Program-made: the position numbers and the translations under genes
Origin: Squalus acanthias
Lineage: Eukaryota
Direction of reading: 5' to 3'
Assembly (NCBI GenBank): GCA_030390025.1
Contig: CM059432.1
Span: forward strand, 119,910,001 to 119,974,000
Length of the DNA stretch: 64,000 nt
Shown: positions 60,618-64,000 of the stretch, piece by piece
Position numbering within the stretch: position 1 is the first letter of the stretch
Layout: every line of letters starts with the position of its first letter
The notes under the pieces: model-generated
Seen by the model: only the letters and a program-made list of their open reading frames with translations
Databases searched by the model: none
Told to the model about the DNA's origin: nothing

Positions 60618-63600
60618 TGTGATATCTTGAGACACAGCATATATATACACAACAGCACAACATGGCTTCTGGTAAGAACTGTACTGTACATGGCTTTATT
60701 ATTATTATATACATCAGTAGTCCACCAGGTGGATCTATTACACTTCTCCCTCCTTATTGAAGAAGTTAACCACAGCAAATAATCATTGTACATGACTTGC
60801 ATGGTATACACAACTCTTGGTATACGTTTCTCAAATAGAACCCATTTTATGTTTTCAAATTCTACTATAGAATTCTGTAACACAAACAAAAGATATGAAC
60901 TTATTTTCCATATTTACAGATTAAATTTAACCACTGGTTTTCTATTTTGAGGAGGATACCTTCTTTCTTGAACAGATCTTGTTGTAGGACTTTGACTCAT
61001 TCTAGGCTGAGCCTGCGGAGAATTTTTCTCCAAGGGCTGACCTTGATCTACATTTGGACTCTCTACACTTTCAGATTGTTTGTCTGCTTGACTCGGGCTC
61101 AGACTTAAGTTCTGACTTTGTCTTGGACTTGTTTCTGGTATGTCTGATGTAGGATTTGGTATTCTACTTGTTACAAGACTATCTGACTCATCAGAATAAA
61201 TTGAATCATCCCAGCTTTCAACTCCTTCCACATCTGTAGGTAAGATATGATCAATGTGAACAAACCTAACCTTTCCATGATCAAACATCTTGACCAAATA
61301 TGTGCGAGGGCCACATATCTTCACTACTCTTCCGGGTAACTACTTTAACCATTTATGGTGATGGTTCTTTACTCTAACCTTCTGGTTCAACTTTACACTT
61401 CTCTCTCTAACTCTACCTTTATCATGACTCTCTTTCTGCTTTGATTGTTTCTCTTCTATGGACTGTGCCAAATTTGGCTTAAACAACGAGAACCTGGTTC
61501 ATGGCTGTTGTTTGAGAAACAACTCTGCTGGTTTTCTACCAGTAGTGGTATGAGGAGTATTCCGATAGGTAATCAGAAAATTTGCCAGTTTGTGGTCCAA
61601 TAACAACTGACATTTCTTTGGATTTGGATCCAACATTTGCTTGATGAGGGCACGTTTGACAATGTGTACAGTGCGCTCTGCTGAACCATTTGAAGCAGGG
61701 TGGTATGGTGGAACTTTGGTATGTTTCACATCGTTTCTGCTCATGAGCTATGTGAACTCTTCTGAACAAAATTGCAGGCCATTATCAGACACAAGTTCTT
61801 CTGGAAGGCTGTATGAAGAAAACAATCTTCGAAAATTGTCTAGTGTTTTGCTTGTTGTTATTATCCGCATCGGAAACACCTCTACCCACTTCGAGTGACT
61901 ATCACTATGAACAATTGCTGTCCTTCTAGCTCAGCAAAATCTACATGTAACCTTTGCCACACTCTGGGAGGCCATTTCCATGGCTGTAATGGTACTGATG
62001 GTGGTTTCTTGCCCACCGATTGACATGTTGTACACTGACTGACTATGTACTCTATCTCTTTATCTAAACCTGGCCACCAAATCTCTTGGTCAAGCATATT
62101 CCAAGTGCTGGTCATGAAGATCTCCTAACAATTTAGACCTGAACCTATTTGGGATAACCATGCTTGCTCCCCACATGATGCAATCTTTATCCACTGACAA
62201 TTCATTCCTACAAACGAAGTATGGATGGATATCTTCTTCTATTACCTGATTTGGCCATCCATTTGCTATGTAATCATACACCTTTGACATAATTGGGTCA
62301 CGTTTGGTTGCTCTGCCAATCTCTTCAGCTGTGACTGGCAGCTCATCAATGTATGAGGAATAGAACACTTCTTCCTTATTGGGTGGAACTTGTGATGGGG
62401 ATGGCAACCTGGACATAGCATCAGCATTACTGTGATCAGCTGATCATCTGTACTCAATGTCTTACGTATACACTGACAAAATCAAAGCCCATCTCTGCAT
62501 TCGGGCTGCAGCTAAGGTTGAAACTGGGGACTTTGGATGGAGGATTGCTGTCAGGGGCTTATGGTCAGTAACTATGGTAAACTTACGACCAAACAAGTAT
62601 TTGTGAAACATCTTGGCCCCAAAAATCAATGACAAATTTTCCCTTCCGATCTGCGCATAATTCTGCTCACTGGCACTGAGAGTGCGTGAAGCAAAGGCAA
62701 TTGATCTCTCCTCCCCATTATCTAGTACATGAGAGATCACTGCCCCAACTCCATATGGAGAGGCGTCACACGCTAGCTTGATCTCCTTAGATACATCATA
62801 GTGAACTAACATGGTACTCTCTACTAACTGGCTTTTACACTCTTTGAATGCTGTGTCGCATTCTTTTGACCACTTCCAAGGGACCTGTTTTCTCAACAGC
62901 TCATTCAGTGGATGTAACAATGTAGCCAAGTTTGGGAGGAACTTTCCGTAATAATTCAAAAGACCCAAAAATGATTGAAGCTCAGAGACATTCTTGGGAG
63001 TGGGTGCATTTCTGATTGCATCCAGCTTTCCCTTGGTTGGATGTAAACCATCTTTGTCTACTCTGTGCCCTAAGTACTCCACTGAATTTTGAAACAACTC
63101 ACACTTGTGAGTTGTCACTCGTACTCCGTGCTTCTCTAGCCGTTTGAGCATTTCATTCAACACCTCATCATGGATTTGCCTGTTTGGTGCTGAAATGAGT
63201 ATGTCATTCAAATAACACACTACCACTTCAATCCCTTGCAAAATTTGGTTCATCACCCCCTGGAATATGTCGGGGGCAGAAGACACTCCAAATGGTAGCC
63301 TATTGAATTGATATAGGCTTCGGTGAATATTTATAGTCAAGCATGACTTGGACTCTTCATCTAACTCAAGTTGTAGGTAGACGTTTGTTAGATCTAACTT
63401 CAAAAAAATCTGGCCGCCTGTCAGCTTTGTGAACAAATCTTCCACAGTTGGCAATGTATTGGGTAGATTACACCTGGTTTACGGTTACCTTATAATCACC
63501 ACACAATCTTACTTTACCATCCAACATAGGTACAACAACAATGGGTGTAGCCAATTACTCAGATCTACCTTAGAGATAATATTCTCAGTTTCTAGTCTTT

Positions 63601-64000
63601 TGAGTTCTTGCTCAACTTTCTCCTTGAGTGCGTATGGTACGGGACATGGCTTGCAGTAAACTGGACTTGCATCCTTCTGCACTCTGACACTTGCCTTGAA
63701 GTCTTGGATCGGACTGCCCGTTTCGCTGAACATCTTCGGATACTGCTTTATGACATCATCTTTCGATGCAAATTTCGCTTCCACATGAAAAATCTCATTC
63801 CAATCCAACTTCAGTGATCCCAACCAATTTCTACCTATCAAGGCAGGCTTGTCTCCGGCCATTACTATGAGAGGCAAGCTCTGACACTGATCCTTGTATT
63901 TCACTGGTATGGCGACACTTCCTACTACATGGATTTGCAGTTCTGAGTAGCCTCGCAGCTCTATGTTCAATTTCTCTAGTCGATAATCACGCAACTTGTC
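60618..64000 (-). mobile_element. Decayed Ty3/Gypsy (Mag-like) LTR retrotransposon, runs off the window
   Basis: Minus-strand PR/RT/RH/IN fragments with frameshifts: LPFGVSSAP, YLND, ACDASPYGVGAV, TDHKPL, HVDFAE and PYHPASNGSAER. Putative 3' LTR at 60618-60742 (TGTGATA...TATTACA) with PPT at 60743-60753. Confidence 0.85.

Overview
Transposon-saturated vertebrate genomic DNA, almost certainly from a cartilaginous fish. The evidence is an HE1-like V-SINE, SacSINE1-like DeuSINEs, and abundant CR1, L2, Penelope and Harbinger elements. No host protein-coding exon could be supported. The centrepiece is an apparently intact, very young 12.6-kb provirus at 23717-36304. It has two 1605-bp LTRs with no difference seen by eye, a GTAT target-site duplication (TSD), an 18-nt tRNA-Arg(UCG) primer-binding site (PBS) and a polypurine tract. 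Gag and pol are in the same frame, separated only by a UGA-CUAG readthrough-type stop. Pol has a degenerate tether RNase H plus a second, retrovirus-type RNase H. The 783-aa Env looks like a paramyxo/pneumovirus-type F protein rather than a classical retroviral Env, and carries an N-terminal immunoglobulin-like domain. This architecture best fits a lokiretrovirus-like endogenous retrovirus (inference; needs phylogeny). The rest of the window is deeply nested TEs: CR1 within CR1, a near-complete Harbinger (Myb + transposase), a rearranged Harbinger with two transposase-side ends, a tRNA-headed LINE, two solo LTRs, many Harbinger MITEs, Penelope and a decayed Gypsy. A candidate NRF1-type host promoter lies near 3.15 kb. 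All family calls come from motif reading by eye; no searches were run.
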